Shown here piece after piece: positions 49,273 to 59,329 of a stretch of DNA of 64,000 nt. The DNA is from Acidimicrobiales bacterium (GTDB lineage: Bacteria; Actinomycetota; Acidimicrobiia; Acidimicrobiales; RAAP-2). The notes beneath the pieces were generated by a model. That model searched no databases and had not been told where the DNA came from. It saw only the letters and a program-made list of their open reading frames with translations. Position 1 is the first letter of the stretch, and the number at the start of each line of letters is the position of its first letter. Where the stretch lies: positions 554 to 64,553 of the forward strand of contig JAYVZV010000009.1 of the NCBI GenBank assembly GCA_043782995.1. Direction: 5' to 3'. A program made the position numbers and the translations under genes.

Positions 49273-49852
49273 GCTCTCCCTGGAGCAGAAGCTCGAGGCC
49301 CTGCTCACCGTGGCGCTCGAGCCGATCTCGGCTGAGGAGTTGGCTGACGCCCTCGACGCCGACGGGCTCGAGGTCACCGCGACGCTGCGGGCCCTGCGCG
49401 TCGCCTACGCCAGCGAGCGCCGCGGATTCCAGTTCGCTGAACTGGCGAGCGGCTGGGTGATGCAGAGCTCGCCCGAGGTCGCCAGTTGGGTCGCCAAGTT
49501 CGCCAATCGTGATGTCTCGCACCGCCTGAGCTCGGCGGCCCTCGAGACGCTGGCGATCATCGCGTACCGCCAGCCGGTCTCGCGAGCCCAGATCACCGCC
49601 CTGCGTGGAGTGAACGTGGACGGCGTCTCGCGGCTACTCGAACAGCGCGGTTACATCGAGGAGGTGGGCCGGGCCGGCGGACCGGGTCAGCCCATTCTCT
49701 ACGGAACGACCGAACTGTTCCTCGACCGGATGGGTCTCGCGACGTTGTCGGACCTGCCGCCGATCGAGGAGTTCATGCCCCCCGTCGAAACGGCCCACGA
49801 GTTGGCTGAGGAGTTGGACTTCGACGTCGACGACCCGAGCGAGGTCTCCTAG
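49262..49852 (+). CDS. scpB: segregation and condensation protein B
   Basis: LEALLTVALEPIS...LSSAALETLAIIAYRQPVSRAQI...RGV. Confidence 0.85.
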   Translation: MRDELSLEQKLEALLTVALEPISAEELADALDADGLEVTATLRALRVAYASERRGFQFAELASGWVMQSSPEVASWVAKFANRDVSHRLSSAALETLAIIAYRQPVSRAQITALRGVNVDGVSRLLEQRGYIEEVGRAGGPGQPILYGTTELFLDRMGLATLSDLPPIEEFMPPVETAHELAEELDFDVDDPSEVS

Positions 49853-50593
49853 TTGGACGAGGGCGAACGGCTTCAGAAGACCCTCGCTCGCGCCGGCTTC
49901 GGCTCGCGCCGAGCGTGCGAGATCCTGATTGGCGAGGGACGGGTCACGATCGACGGGCGGGTCGCCGAACTCGGCAACCGCGTCGACCCCGACGCCTCGG
50001 TCATCTGCGTCGACGGCGCACTAGCCCCGACGGCCCAGAACACCGTCTACTACCTCCTCAACAAGCCCGACGGCGTGGTCACGACGGCCTCGGACCCCCA
50101 AGGGCGCACCACGGTGCTCGACCTCGTGGAGTCCTCGGTGAGGATCTTCCCGGTCGGGCGCCTCGACATGAACACCGAGGGCCTCTTGATCCTGACCAAC
50201 GACGGAAGGCTCGCGCACTTGTTGACCCATCCGAGCTCGGGCATCCCCAAGGAGTACCTGGCGCGCGTCGAGGGCGATCCCTCGCCGTCGTCAATTCGAC
50301 GGCTGCGCGAGGGCGTTGAGCTCGACGATGGCGTGACCAGTCCGGCTCAGGTGAGCCGCGTCAGCGAGGGATTGCTGCGCATCGTGATCCACGAGGGCCG
50401 CAACCGCCAGGTGCGTCGGATGTGCTCGGCGGTCGGTCACGACGTCACGCGACTCGTTCGGACTCGCATCGGCCCGGTCCAGGACGCGACGCTCTCGCCA
50501 GGATCGTCGCGCCAGCTCTCGTTGGCCGAGGTGCGCCGTTTGATGGAGGCCGTCGGGATGACCGACGCGATCGCCTCTACGATGCCGTCATGA
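49853..50593 (+). CDS. rluB: rRNA pseudouridine synthase (RluB/RsuA family) with S4 domain
   Basis: RLQKTLARAGFGSRRACEILIGEGRVTIDG (S4 domain). GRLDMNTEGLLILTNDG catalytic motif. Confidence 0.85.
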   Translation: MDEGERLQKTLARAGFGSRRACEILIGEGRVTIDGRVAELGNRVDPDASVICVDGALAPTAQNTVYYLLNKPDGVVTTASDPQGRTTVLDLVESSVRIFPVGRLDMNTEGLLILTNDGRLAHLLTHPSSGIPKEYLARVEGDPSPSSIRRLREGVELDDGVTSPAQVSRVSEGLLRIVIHEGRNRQVRRMCSAVGHDVTRLVRTRIGPVQDATLSPGSSRQLSLAEVRRLMEAVGMTDAIASTMPS

Positions 50594-50961
50594 GCATCGC
50601 ACTCGTTCGGGCACTGCGGGGGGCTACGACCTGCGCCGCCGACCGGCCCGAGCTCATCAATGAGGCCACCATCGAGCTGCTCGAGGCCATCATGGAGCGC
50701 AACGACCTCGGCCACGACGACGTCGTGAGTGTCGTGTTCACGACGTCGCCGGACCTCACGTCGACCTTTCCCGCGGCCGGCGCGCGCCTCGTTGGCTTCG
50801 GTGACGTGCCGCTGCTGTGCGCGAGCGAGATTAACGTGCCCGGCGCGATGGCCCACTGCATCCGGGTCCTGCTGCACGTCTACACCACTAGAGAGCGCCA
50901 CCAGTTACGCCACGTCTATCTGCGCAACGCCCAAGCACTTCGCGATGACCTTCCCGAGTAG
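50590..50961 (+). CDS. aroH: chorismate mutase, AroH type
   Basis: VRALRGATT...VVSVVFTTSPDLTS...IRVLLHV. ATGA overlap with rluB. Confidence 0.8.
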   Translation: MSIALVRALRGATTCAADRPELINEATIELLEAIMERNDLGHDDVVSVVFTTSPDLTSTFPAAGARLVGFGDVPLLCASEINVPGAMAHCIRVLLHVYTTRERHQLRHVYLRNAQALRDDLPE

Positions 50962-52018
50962 CCGCCACGCCCACGTCGTCGGCCTCGGACTGATCGGGGC
51001 CTCAATCGCCCTGGCCCTGCGAGAGGCCGGATGGACGGTGACGGGCACGGACTCCCAGGCCAGTACCGAGGAGGCGGCACTGGAGAGCGCCGTTATCGAC
51101 GGCGCCGTCGCCTCGGCCCGGACGGGCCTCGTCGTCGTGGCGACACCGGCCGGTTCGGTCGCCGCGCTGGCGTCGGCCGCCCTGGCGGCGTTCGACAGTC
51201 CCGAGTTGATCGTGACCGACGTTGCCGGGGTGAAGGGCACCATCGTCCAGAGCGTCAGCGACGCGCGGTTCCTCGGGGGTCATCCGATGGCCGGCTCGGA
51301 GCTGCGCGGGCTCGCGGGCGCGCGCGCCGACCTCTTCCAGGGTTGCACCTGGGTGCTCACCCCGACCGCGGCGACCTCGCCCACGACCTACGGAGCCCTG
51401 CACGGAGTGTTGCGTGAGATCGGCGCCAACGTCGTGGCGGTCTCGGCCGAGGACCACGACCGGCTCGTCGCCGTGGCGAGCCACGTGCCCCACCTGTTGG
51501 CCGGGGCGCTGATGAACGAGGCGAGCCGCGTGGCCGAGCAGGACGCGGTACTACTGCAACTAGCGGCCGGCGGGTTTCGCGACATGACCCGGATTGCCGC
51601 CGGCGACCCTTCGATTTGGCCCGACGTCCTCTTCGAGAACCGCACCGCGGTGATTGCGGCCCTCTCATCGCTAGAGGTGCGCTTGGCGACGCTGCGCGAG
51701 GCGCTCGCCACGGACGGACGCGAAGTGATCACGGCGAGCCTGCGCTCCGCCGCGAACGCCCGTCACCGGCTACCTGGTCGGGCGCTCAGCTCGGAGAACC
51801 TCGCGTACCTCCGGGTGAAGGTGAGCGACCGACCGGGAGTGCTCGCCGCGGTGACCATGGCCGCCTCGGAGCTGCTCGTCAACATCTTCGACATCGAGAT
51901 CGCTCACGGCATCGAGGGCTCAGGTGGCACGCTGCTGCTGACCATCGACGCCACGCAGACCGAACTCTTCAGCCGAGCCCTGGCCGCGCGGGGCTTCCAG
52001 GCGGTGCGCGAGCAGTGA
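50945..52018 (+). CDS. tyrA: prephenate dehydrogenase
   Basis: HVVGLGLIGASIALAL Rossmann fold, GGHPMAGSE, and an ACT-like C-terminal region. Confidence 0.85.
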   Translation: MTFPSSRHAHVVGLGLIGASIALALREAGWTVTGTDSQASTEEAALESAVIDGAVASARTGLVVVATPAGSVAALASAALAAFDSPELIVTDVAGVKGTIVQSVSDARFLGGHPMAGSELRGLAGARADLFQGCTWVLTPTAATSPTTYGALHGVLREIGANVVAVSAEDHDRLVAVASHVPHLLAGALMNEASRVAEQDAVLLQLAAGGFRDMTRIAAGDPSIWPDVLFENRTAVIAALSSLEVRLATLREALATDGREVITASLRSAANARHRLPGRALSSENLAYLRVKVSDRPGVLAAVTMAASELLVNIFDIEIAHGIEGSGGTLLLTIDATQTELFSRALAARGFQAVREQ

Positions 52019-53295
52019 ACGACCGGCGCGTCACGCCAATATCCCGATTGCGCGGATCGGTGAGGGTGCCGGGCGACAAGAGCGCGTCGCACCGCGCCCT
52101 CATGATCAGCGCGCTGGCCAGCGGGGCGAGCACGATCGAGGGTCTTTCGAACGGATCCGACGTCGCCGCGACTCGGCGAATCCTCGCCCAACTGGGCGCG
52201 AGCTCCTCCGTCGAGGACGACGTCGCCGTCGTGCGCGGACCCCACGAGGGGCTCCACTCGAGTGAGAGTCCGCTCGACTGCGCGAACTCTGGCACCACGA
52301 TGCGCCTGATGGCGGGGATCGTGTCGACGATTCCTGGGGTGCACCACCTCGTGGGTGACGAGTCGCTGTCGCGCCGGCCGATGGACCGCGTGGCTGCGCC
52401 GCTCGCACTGATGGGATCGCGGGTCGAGGGCGTGGGGCCTCGCACGACGGCTCCGTTGGTCGTGCGGGGCTCGTCGGCCCTGCACGCCGTCTCCTACCGG
52501 GTGCCCGTGGCCAGTGCCCAGGTCAAATCGGCGATCCTGTTCGCCGGCCTGCGCGCGACGGGGCCGACCAGCGTGATGGAGGACGTGCGTACCCGCTCGA
52601 CGACCGAGGACATGTTGATCCGAGCCGGCCTGGAGGTCCTCAGCGTCGACCACGGCGACGGACGGACCGTGACACTAAGTCCCGGACGGCCGGATGCCCG
52701 TCAGTGGCGGGTGCCGGGGGACCCGTCCCAGGCCGCCTTCTTCGCCGTGCTCGGCGTGATTCACCGCGACGCCCGACTGAACGTCGTGGACATCGACGCC
52801 GCACCCGAGCGGGTGGGCTTCGTCGACGTGCTGAGGCGAATGGGTGCGCGTATCGCGCTGGTCACCAGCGGCGGGACGACGACACTCACCGTCGAGAGCT
52901 CGAAGTTGCGCGCGACCGAGGTCGCCGCCGCCGAAGTCCCCTCGGTCGACGAGGTCCCCGTTCTGGTCGTCGCCGCCGCCGCCGCCTCGGGCGTGAGCGC
53001 CTTTCGCGACATGGCCGAACTGCGCTTCAAGGAGTCGGACCGGTTCGCCGCCTCGATGGGGCTCGCCGCGTCGCTCGGCTGTCGGGTGTGGTCCGACGGC
53101 GATGACTTCTTCGTCGAAGGCCTCTCGGACGCCGACGCCTTCGGCGACTTCTCCGTCGACGCCCACCTCGATCACCGGATCGTCATGTCGAGCGCGGTCG
53201 CGGGCGCGGCGGGCCACGGCTGTTCGATCGCCGGGGCCGAGACGGTTGCTACTAGCTACACCGACTTCTTTCGCGACCTCGCGCTGCTCGGATGA
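52015..53295 (+). CDS. aroA: 3-phosphoshikimate 1-carboxyvinyltransferase (EPSP synthase)
   Basis: VPGDKSASHRALMISALA...NSGTTMRL...KESDR. GTGA overlap with tyrA. Confidence 0.9.
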   Translation: MNDRRVTPISRLRGSVRVPGDKSASHRALMISALASGASTIEGLSNGSDVAATRRILAQLGASSSVEDDVAVVRGPHEGLHSSESPLDCANSGTTMRLMAGIVSTIPGVHHLVGDESLSRRPMDRVAAPLALMGSRVEGVGPRTTAPLVVRGSSALHAVSYRVPVASAQVKSAILFAGLRATGPTSVMEDVRTRSTTEDMLIRAGLEVLSVDHGDGRTVTLSPGRPDARQWRVPGDPSQAAFFAVLGVIHRDARLNVVDIDAAPERVGFVDVLRRMGARIALVTSGGTTTLTVESSKLRATEVAAAEVPSVDEVPVLVVAAAAASGVSAFRDMAELRFKESDRFAASMGLAASLGCRVWSDGDDFFVEGLSDADAFGDFSVDAHLDHRIVMSSAVAGAAGHGCSIAGAETVATSYTDFFRDLALLG

Positions 53296-53921
53296 GCGAC
53301 CTCGTCATCGCCATCGACGGCCCCGCCGGTTCGGGCAAGTCGACGGTCGCCCGGGCGGTGGCTGACGCCCTCGGCTGGTCCTTCCTCGACACCGGTGCGA
53401 TGTACCGGGCCGTCACCTGGGAGGCCTTGGCCAGTGGCGTGGACGTGGCGAACGAGGCGGCGATGGCCGAGCTCGCTGAGCACGTCACCCTGGCGACACT
53501 GCCGCGCGTCACGGTGGACGGACGAGACGTTGAGGACGAGATCCGATCTGAGTCGGTCAATTTCGCGGTCTCAGTCGTTGCGGCGAACCCGAAGGTCCGC
53601 CAGACGATGGTCGCGCGCCAGCGCGAGATCGCCGCCGCCCAACCGGTCGGCACCGTCGTTGAGGGACGCGACATCACGACCGTCGTCTTCCCCGAGGCCA
53701 CGCTCAAGGTCTTCCTCACCGCGTCGCTGGAGGAACGCGCAACGCGTCGCGGCGAGGAGGGCGTGCACTCGGTCGCGCGCCGGGACTGGGCCGACTCGAC
53801 CCGCGAGGCCTCGCCACTGCGTCGGGCCGACGACGCCCTCGTGCTAGACACGACTGGTCGCATGGTCGAAGAGGTGGTCGAGGAGATCGTTCAGTGCCTG
53901 AAGAACCAACGTTCCAACTAG
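53292..53921 (+). CDS. cmk: cytidylate kinase
   Basis: IAIDGPAGSGKSTVARAVA...DTGAMYR. ATGA overlap with aroA. Confidence 0.9.
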   Translation: MSDLVIAIDGPAGSGKSTVARAVADALGWSFLDTGAMYRAVTWEALASGVDVANEAAMAELAEHVTLATLPRVTVDGRDVEDEIRSESVNFAVSVVAANPKVRQTMVARQREIAAAQPVGTVVEGRDITTVVFPEATLKVFLTASLEERATRRGEEGVHSVARRDWADSTREASPLRRADDALVLDTTGRMVEEVVEEIVQCLKNQRSN

Positions 53922-54553
53922 ACGCGACCAAGTCGCTGACCTACCGCGTGGTCGCGGGCATTATCGCTGTGGGCTCGCGGCTCCTGTTTCGCCCGAGCGT
54001 CACGGGGGCCGAGAACATTCCCATGAACGGACCGGTCCTGATCGCGCCGATCCACCGCTCGAACGTCGACTTCACCTTCACGCTCTTCATGTCGCACCGC
54101 AAGGTCTTCTTCATGGCCAAGGACTCCCTGTTCCGCATCCCGATGATCGGCTCGCTACTTCGCCACCTCGGCGCCTTCCCGGTGCGCAGGGGCGCGGCCG
54201 ACCGCGAGTCGATGGCTCTCGCCGAGGCGGTCCTGCGCCGGGGCCACGCCCTGGTGCTATTCCCGGAGGGGACTCGCAAGGAGGGCCGAAACGTCGCGCC
54301 GCTGCACGACGGGGCCATGTTCGTCGCGGCGCGCACCGGGGCGATGGTGGTGCCGGTCGGCATCGGGGGCAGTGACCGGGCCATGCCCAAGGGGGCGAGG
54401 CTGCCCCGCCCGGCTCGGGTGCGTATCGTCGTGGGCCGGCCGATTAGCCCACCGGTCTCCGAGGGGCGCGTCAGTCGCTCGGCCGTGACGGCCAAGAGCG
54501 AGGAGTTGCGCCGCGAACTCGAGTCCCTCTACCGCGAGAGCCTCGAGGGCTAG
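53894..54553 (+). CDS. plsC: 1-acyl-sn-glycerol-3-phosphate acyltransferase family protein
   Basis: HRSNVDF and FPEGTR motifs. Confidence 0.8.
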   Translation: MPEEPTFQLDATKSLTYRVVAGIIAVGSRLLFRPSVTGAENIPMNGPVLIAPIHRSNVDFTFTLFMSHRKVFFMAKDSLFRIPMIGSLLRHLGAFPVRRGAADRESMALAEAVLRRGHALVLFPEGTRKEGRNVAPLHDGAMFVAARTGAMVVPVGIGGSDRAMPKGARLPRPARVRIVVGRPISPPVSEGRVSRSAVTAKSEELRRELESLYRESLEG

Positions 54554-54554
54554 T

Positions 54555-55355
54555 TCAGCGTTCGCGCCACCACGTCCCGAATACGACGCGGGCGTAGCGG
54601 AACCCGTAGATCCAGGTCTTGCCCTTCTTCGTCTCGCCCGAGAAGCGCGGATGCCAGATCGTCGGGACCTCGCTGGCGCGCCATCCGCGCTTCAGGCAGG
54701 TGATTAGCGTCTCGGAGGTCTGGTACTGCTGTTGGGTCAGCCGGTCGACGACGTCGGCGAGCATCGTGACGCGCATCGCCCGGTAGCCCGTCGACGTGTC
54801 GGTGAGGCCGGCGCCGGTCATGCGGTTCATGATGAACGAGAAGAAGCGCACGCCGCTCTTGCGGATCCGGTCCGAGGTCTTGTCGACGCCGAGCACCCGG
54901 CTACCGAGCACGAAGTCGCACTGGTCGGCGAGCAGCGGCGCCAGGATCTGGGGGATCTCGGCCGGGTCGTTCTGACCGTCGGCGTCGAGGGTGACCACGT
55001 ACTTGACGCGGTGCGAGATGCAGTATCGGTAGGCCGTCTGCAGGGCGACGCCGTGGCCGAGGTTGACCGGGAACTCGATCACCACAACTCCCGGGAACGA
55101 CCGGGCGATGGTGGCCGTGGCGTCGTCGCCGCCGTCGACGACCACGAGGGCCGTGTAGGGCGCGCCGTCAATTGAGGTCGGCAGTTTCTCCAGCACGCCG
55201 GCGATGTTGCCCTCCTCCTCGTAGGCGCAGATCGCGGCGACGATCGCCTCGGGCTCGAAGCCCGGACGCTCCGTGGCGAGGCGCGCGAGGGCCTGGTCAA
55301 TGGCGTACTGGCGCAGTCCCTTCGAGCGGCCCAGTTCGAGATCGTCGTTGACCAC
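54555..55355 (-). CDS. family 2 glycosyltransferase (polyprenol-phosphate sugar synthase-like)
   Basis: VVVDGGDDAT...TLDADGQNDP. GTG preceded by AAGGAG. Confidence 0.8.
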   Translation of the reverse strand: MVNDDLELGRSKGLRQYAIDQALARLATERPGFEPEAIVAAICAYEEEGNIAGVLEKLPTSIDGAPYTALVVVDGGDDATATIARSFPGVVVIEFPVNLGHGVALQTAYRYCISHRVKYVVTLDADGQNDPAEIPQILAPLLADQCDFVLGSRVLGVDKTSDRIRKSGVRFFSFIMNRMTGAGLTDTSTGYRAMRVTMLADVVDRLTQQQYQTSETLITCLKRGWRASEVPTIWHPRFSGETKKGKTWIYGFRYARVVFGTWWRER

Positions 55356-55363
55356 TTCGCTCC

Positions 55364-55537
55364 TTAGATCGACTTCGCCCGAGCCAACACCCTGGTCACC
55401 ATGGGCTCGAACTGCTCGAGCGACTCGTCTTCGCAGTCGAGGTGAAAGGCCTTATGGTCCCCGACGTCGGCGAGGCGATCGGCGAGGGCGTACCACGGCT
55501 CGCGCGCAAAGACGTCCAGGCGGGGGAAGGAACTCAC
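55364..55537 (-). CDS. small hypothetical protein (57 aa, below the ORF-track cutoff)
   Basis: MSSFPRLDVFAREPWYALADRLADVGDHKAFHLDCEDESLEQFEPMVTRVLARAKSI. Very strong GC3 bias. Stop lies 8 nt before the GT2 start. Confidence 0.4.
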   Translation of the reverse strand: MSSFPRLDVFAREPWYALADRLADVGDHKAFHLDCEDESLEQFEPMVTRVLARAKSI

Positions 55538-55574
55538 CGTGAAATACTAACCATTCGTCCCGTTAGGGACCGAT

Positions 55575-56612
55575 TCAACGGACTGCCGCCGAGAGGACCT
55601 CGGCCGCGGTGAACTCACGGTCGGCCTGTCCGTCGAAGGTGGAGGGCGACGGCGTGCGCAGCACGAGGTCGAGCACGGCCGACAGGGTCTTGAGCATCTC
55701 GCGCAGTTCGGGCGGTGGGGGGAAGTACTCGTCCTCGACGGTCACCGATTTCACGGTCACGCCGTTGGTCGGGCTGAGCCTCTCGAGGACCTCGTTGACG
55801 AGCGACTCGGGCGCGGACGCGCCCGCCGTGACCGCGACGGTGCCGGTCAGGTCGTCGGGGAGCTCGAACGCGCCGTTGACCCGCAGTACTCGGGGGCAGC
55901 CGACCGCCTCGGCAACCTTGGTAAGGGCCACGGTGTTGGACGAGTTGGCCGAGCCGATCACGACGACGGCGTCAGCCTCGGCGGCGATCGCGCGAAGTGC
56001 GGCCTGGCGGTTGGTCGTGGCGAAGCACAGGTCCGAGCGATTGGGCATCCAGATGTCGGGGAACCGGGCCTCGGCGTGTTCGCGCAGGTCCTGCCACTCG
56101 TCGAGGCTGAGAGTCGTCTGGCTGAGCAGGGCGAAGGGACCGGCGCGCTGTCCGAGGGCGTCAATATCAGAAGTCGTCTCAATGAGGTGGACCGACTCGG
56201 GCGCCACCGCCATGGTCCCCACCGCCTCCTCGTGGCCCTCGTGGCCGACGTAGAGGACGGTGTAACCCTTGCGCGCTCGCACCTTCAGCTCGTGGTGGAC
56301 CTTGGTGACGAGCGGGCAGACCGCGTCGATGACGGTGCCTCCGGCCTGGCGGGCGATCTCGATGACCTCGGGCGGCGAACCGTGCGCGCTCAGCATCACC
56401 GGGGCACCGGCCGGCACCAGGGTGACGTCGTCGATAAAGACGACGCCGAGGGACTTAAAATAGTCCACGACGAACTGGTTGTGGACGATTTCGTGGTAGC
56501 AAAAGACCGGCGGGGTGAAGACCCGGGTCATCCAGTCGAGCGCCTTAATCGCCTTCTCGACGCCGGCACAGAATCCCCGTGGTGCCGCGAGCACCACCTT
56601 GTCCACGTTCAC
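55575..56612 (-). CDS. ispH: 4-hydroxy-3-methylbut-2-enyl diphosphate reductase
   Basis: PRGFCAGVEKAI...HEIVHN...VCPLVTKVH...SSNT. Confidence 0.9.
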   Translation of the reverse strand: MNVDKVVLAAPRGFCAGVEKAIKALDWMTRVFTPPVFCYHEIVHNQFVVDYFKSLGVVFIDDVTLVPAGAPVMLSAHGSPPEVIEIARQAGGTVIDAVCPLVTKVHHELKVRARKGYTVLYVGHEGHEEAVGTMAVAPESVHLIETTSDIDALGQRAGPFALLSQTTLSLDEWQDLREHAEARFPDIWMPNRSDLCFATTNRQAALRAIAAEADAVVVIGSANSSNTVALTKVAEAVGCPRVLRVNGAFELPDDLTGTVAVTAGASAPESLVNEVLERLSPTNGVTVKSVTVEDEYFPPPPELREMLKTLSAVLDLVLRTPSPSTFDGQADREFTAAEVLSAAVR

Positions 56613-56660
56613 CAGGCCAGCCTAGTTACCGTCCTCCGCACTAACTCCTAGGCTGGTGGG

Positions 56661-58037
56661 GTGTCGGGCGCCCGAATTTCCTCAATCTTCGCTGATTCTC
56701 CGGCCTCGACGGCGGACCTGGAGGTGGGCGACGTCCTGGTGAGCGTCAACGGTCGCGAGCCGACCGACATCATTGAGTACCAGCAGCTGATCGACGGCGA
56801 GCAGGTGACCCTGGTCACCCAGCGCGAGGGGGAGTCCCTGTCGCGCAAGGTGACGATCGCCAAGAGCGAGGGCCAGCCGCTCGGTCTCGGCATCGACTCG
56901 GCGGTCTTTGACCGCATTCGTACCTGCGACAACCACTGCTCGTTCTGCTTCATCTACCAGCTCCCCAAGGGAATGCGGCGCTCGCTCTACGTCAAGGACG
57001 ACGACTTCCGGCTCTCGTTCCTCTACGGCAACTACACGACCTTGACTCGCTTCACCGAGTTCGACCTGGAGCGGGTGGTCGAGGAGGGACTCTCCCCGCT
57101 CTACGTGTCGATCCACTCCACCGACCCCGAGTTGCGCGCCGAGATGCTGCGCAACCCGCGCGGGGCGACCAGCCTGCGCTGGCTGACCGAGCTGTTGCGC
57201 GCCGGCATCGAGGTCCACGCCCAGGTCGTGGTCTGTCCGGGAGTGAACGACGGCCCCCACCTCGAGCGCACCCTGCACGACGTGCTCTCGCTCTACCCCG
57301 AGCTGGCCTCGGTGGCGCTCGTGCCCGTCGGGGTCAGCGCCTTCTCGCTCGAGGCGACCATGCGCTCTCACACCCCCGACGAGGCCCGTCGGGTCATCAC
57401 GCTGGCCGAGCGGTTCCAAGGCCTGACCCTCGAACTACTGGGACGGGTGTCAGTCTTCGCCAGCGACGAGTTCTACCTGGTGGCGGGGGAGGAGCCTCCT
57501 CCGGCCACGCAGTTCGAGAGCCTCGACCAGGCGGAGAACGGCATTGGAATGGTCGCCGCCTTCATGCAGAGCTTCGTCGACCAGACGGAGATGGAGCGCC
57601 TCGGCACCGGTTTCTTCCAGTCCGTCGACGGCGCGCCGGCCATCGGGTACCGTGCTGCGCGCGGGAACCTGAGTTCGGTTCCTTCGAGCGATCACGTGGT
57701 CGTGGTTACGGGCGAGTACGCGGCCCCGTTGCTTCGCCGCCTCTTTGACCGTCACGGATTCGGTGACGTCGACGTCCTCGCCGTGAAGAACACCTACTTT
57801 GGGGGCAACATCAAGGTGGCAGGGCTCTTGACCGGACAGGACCTCGCCGCCGCGCTCGCCGACGTTCCGGCGACCAGCACCTGTCTGCTGCCCGACGTCT
57901 GCCTTTCCGAGGGCCGCTTCCTCGACGGACTGACCCTCGAGGACCTGGACCGTCCGATGGTCACGGTGCGCACCACCGGGCGGGACCTGCGCACCGCCCT
58001 CGAATCGGTGCGGACCGCGCGTCTGATCCCCTCGTGA
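56661..58037 (+). CDS. DUF512 domain protein with N-terminal PDZ-like domain
   Basis: GDVLVSVNGR... CDNHCSFCFIYQLPKGMRRSLYVKDDDFRLSFLYGNYTTLT. Typical position upstream of der. Confidence 0.8.
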   Translation: MSGARISSIFADSPASTADLEVGDVLVSVNGREPTDIIEYQQLIDGEQVTLVTQREGESLSRKVTIAKSEGQPLGLGIDSAVFDRIRTCDNHCSFCFIYQLPKGMRRSLYVKDDDFRLSFLYGNYTTLTRFTEFDLERVVEEGLSPLYVSIHSTDPELRAEMLRNPRGATSLRWLTELLRAGIEVHAQVVVCPGVNDGPHLERTLHDVLSLYPELASVALVPVGVSAFSLEATMRSHTPDEARRVITLAERFQGLTLELLGRVSVFASDEFYLVAGEEPPPATQFESLDQAENGIGMVAAFMQSFVDQTEMERLGTGFFQSVDGAPAIGYRAARGNLSSVPSSDHVVVVTGEYAAPLLRRLFDRHGFGDVDVLAVKNTYFGGNIKVAGLLTGQDLAAALADVPATSTCLLPDVCLSEGRFLDGLTLEDLDRPMVTVRTTGRDLRTALESVRTARLIPS

Positions 58038-59329
58038 GTCGGCCCCAGGTCGTCGTCGTTGGCCGGCCCAACGTCGGCAAGAGTTCGCTCGTCAACCGTC
58101 TCGCCGGCCAGCGCGTGGCGGTAGTCGAAGAGCATCGCGGAGTGACCCGGGATCGCAAGGCGATCGAGGTCGAGTGGCGAGGCGTCACCTTCGACGTGGT
58201 GGACACCGGAGGCTGGCTCGAAGCCGGTGACACCCTCGAGGCGAAGGTCTCCCAACAGGCCGAGGCCGCCCTCGCCGGCGCCGCCCTGGTGTTGCTCGTC
58301 GTGGACGTGACCACCGGCATGGTGGACGAGGACACGCACGCCGCGCGTTGGGCGCTGCGCAGCGGCCGACCGGTGGTGCTCGTCGTCAATAAGGTCGACG
58401 ACGCCCAGCACGAGGCGAGCAGCTGGGAGTTCCTCAGCCTGGGCGCCGGTGACCCCCACACGGTGAGCGCTCAGCACGGCCGCGGCTCGGGCGACCTGCT
58501 CGACTTCATCGTTGACCAGCTGGGCGAGATTGCGCAGGTTGAGGAGGTGGCCGAGGCCGACGACGACGGGGCGCTGCGGGTCGCGATCGTGGGACGCCCG
58601 AACGTGGGCAAGTCGACCCTGTTCAACCAATTGATCGGCGAGGAGCGCTCCGTCGTGCACGACCTGCCGGGCACGACCCGCGACGCCATCGACACCCTCG
58701 TCCAGACCGACGTGGGGCTAATTCGGTTCATCGACACCGCGGGCATGCGTCGGCGCGCCAAGACCGAGGCCGGTCTCGAGACCTACGCCGTCCTACGCAG
58801 CCTCGACGCGCTGGACCGCTCCGACATCGCGATCCTCGTCATCGACTCGACCGTGGGCGCCACCGGCCAGGACCAGCGGCTGGCCGAGCGGATCTCCGCC
58901 GCCGGCTGCCCGTCGCTGGTCGTGCTCAACAAGTGGGAGCTGGTCGCGGTCGAGGAGCGTGACAGTGTGCTCGCCACCGTGGGCGAGAAGCTCGCCTTCC
59001 TCGGCGATGCGCCGGTCATGAAGACGACCGCCACGTCGGGCAAGGGCGTGCACCGGATCCTGCCGGCCTTGTCGGTGGCCGCCGCCGACTACCAGAAGCG
59101 GGTGCCCACCGGGGCCCTCAACCGCGCCATCCGCGACCTGCAGATGAAGCAGCCCGCGCCCACCGGCAAGATTCGCTACGCGGTTCAGGGGGCAACGGAG
59201 CCGCCGACGTTCACCCTCTTCATCGCGGGACGGCTGCCGAGCACGTACTTGCGCTACGTCGAGCGGTCGCTGCGCGAGCGCTTCGAGCTCGGCTCGTCAC
59301 CGCTGCGCGTGCGGGTGCGGACCGAATAA
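58034..59329 (+). CDS. der: ribosome biogenesis GTPase Der (EngA)
   Basis: Two G domains (GRPNVGKSS and GRPNVGKST) plus a KH-like C-terminus. GTGA overlap with the upstream gene. Confidence 0.9.
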   Translation: MSRPQVVVVGRPNVGKSSLVNRLAGQRVAVVEEHRGVTRDRKAIEVEWRGVTFDVVDTGGWLEAGDTLEAKVSQQAEAALAGAALVLLVVDVTTGMVDEDTHAARWALRSGRPVVLVVNKVDDAQHEASSWEFLSLGAGDPHTVSAQHGRGSGDLLDFIVDQLGEIAQVEEVAEADDDGALRVAIVGRPNVGKSTLFNQLIGEERSVVHDLPGTTRDAIDTLVQTDVGLIRFIDTAGMRRRAKTEAGLETYAVLRSLDALDRSDIAILVIDSTVGATGQDQRLAERISAAGCPSLVVLNKWELVAVEERDSVLATVGEKLAFLGDAPVMKTTATSGKGVHRILPALSVAAADYQKRVPTGALNRAIRDLQMKQPAPTGKIRYAVQGATEPPTFTLFIAGRLPSTYLRYVERSLRERFELGSSPLRVRVRTE

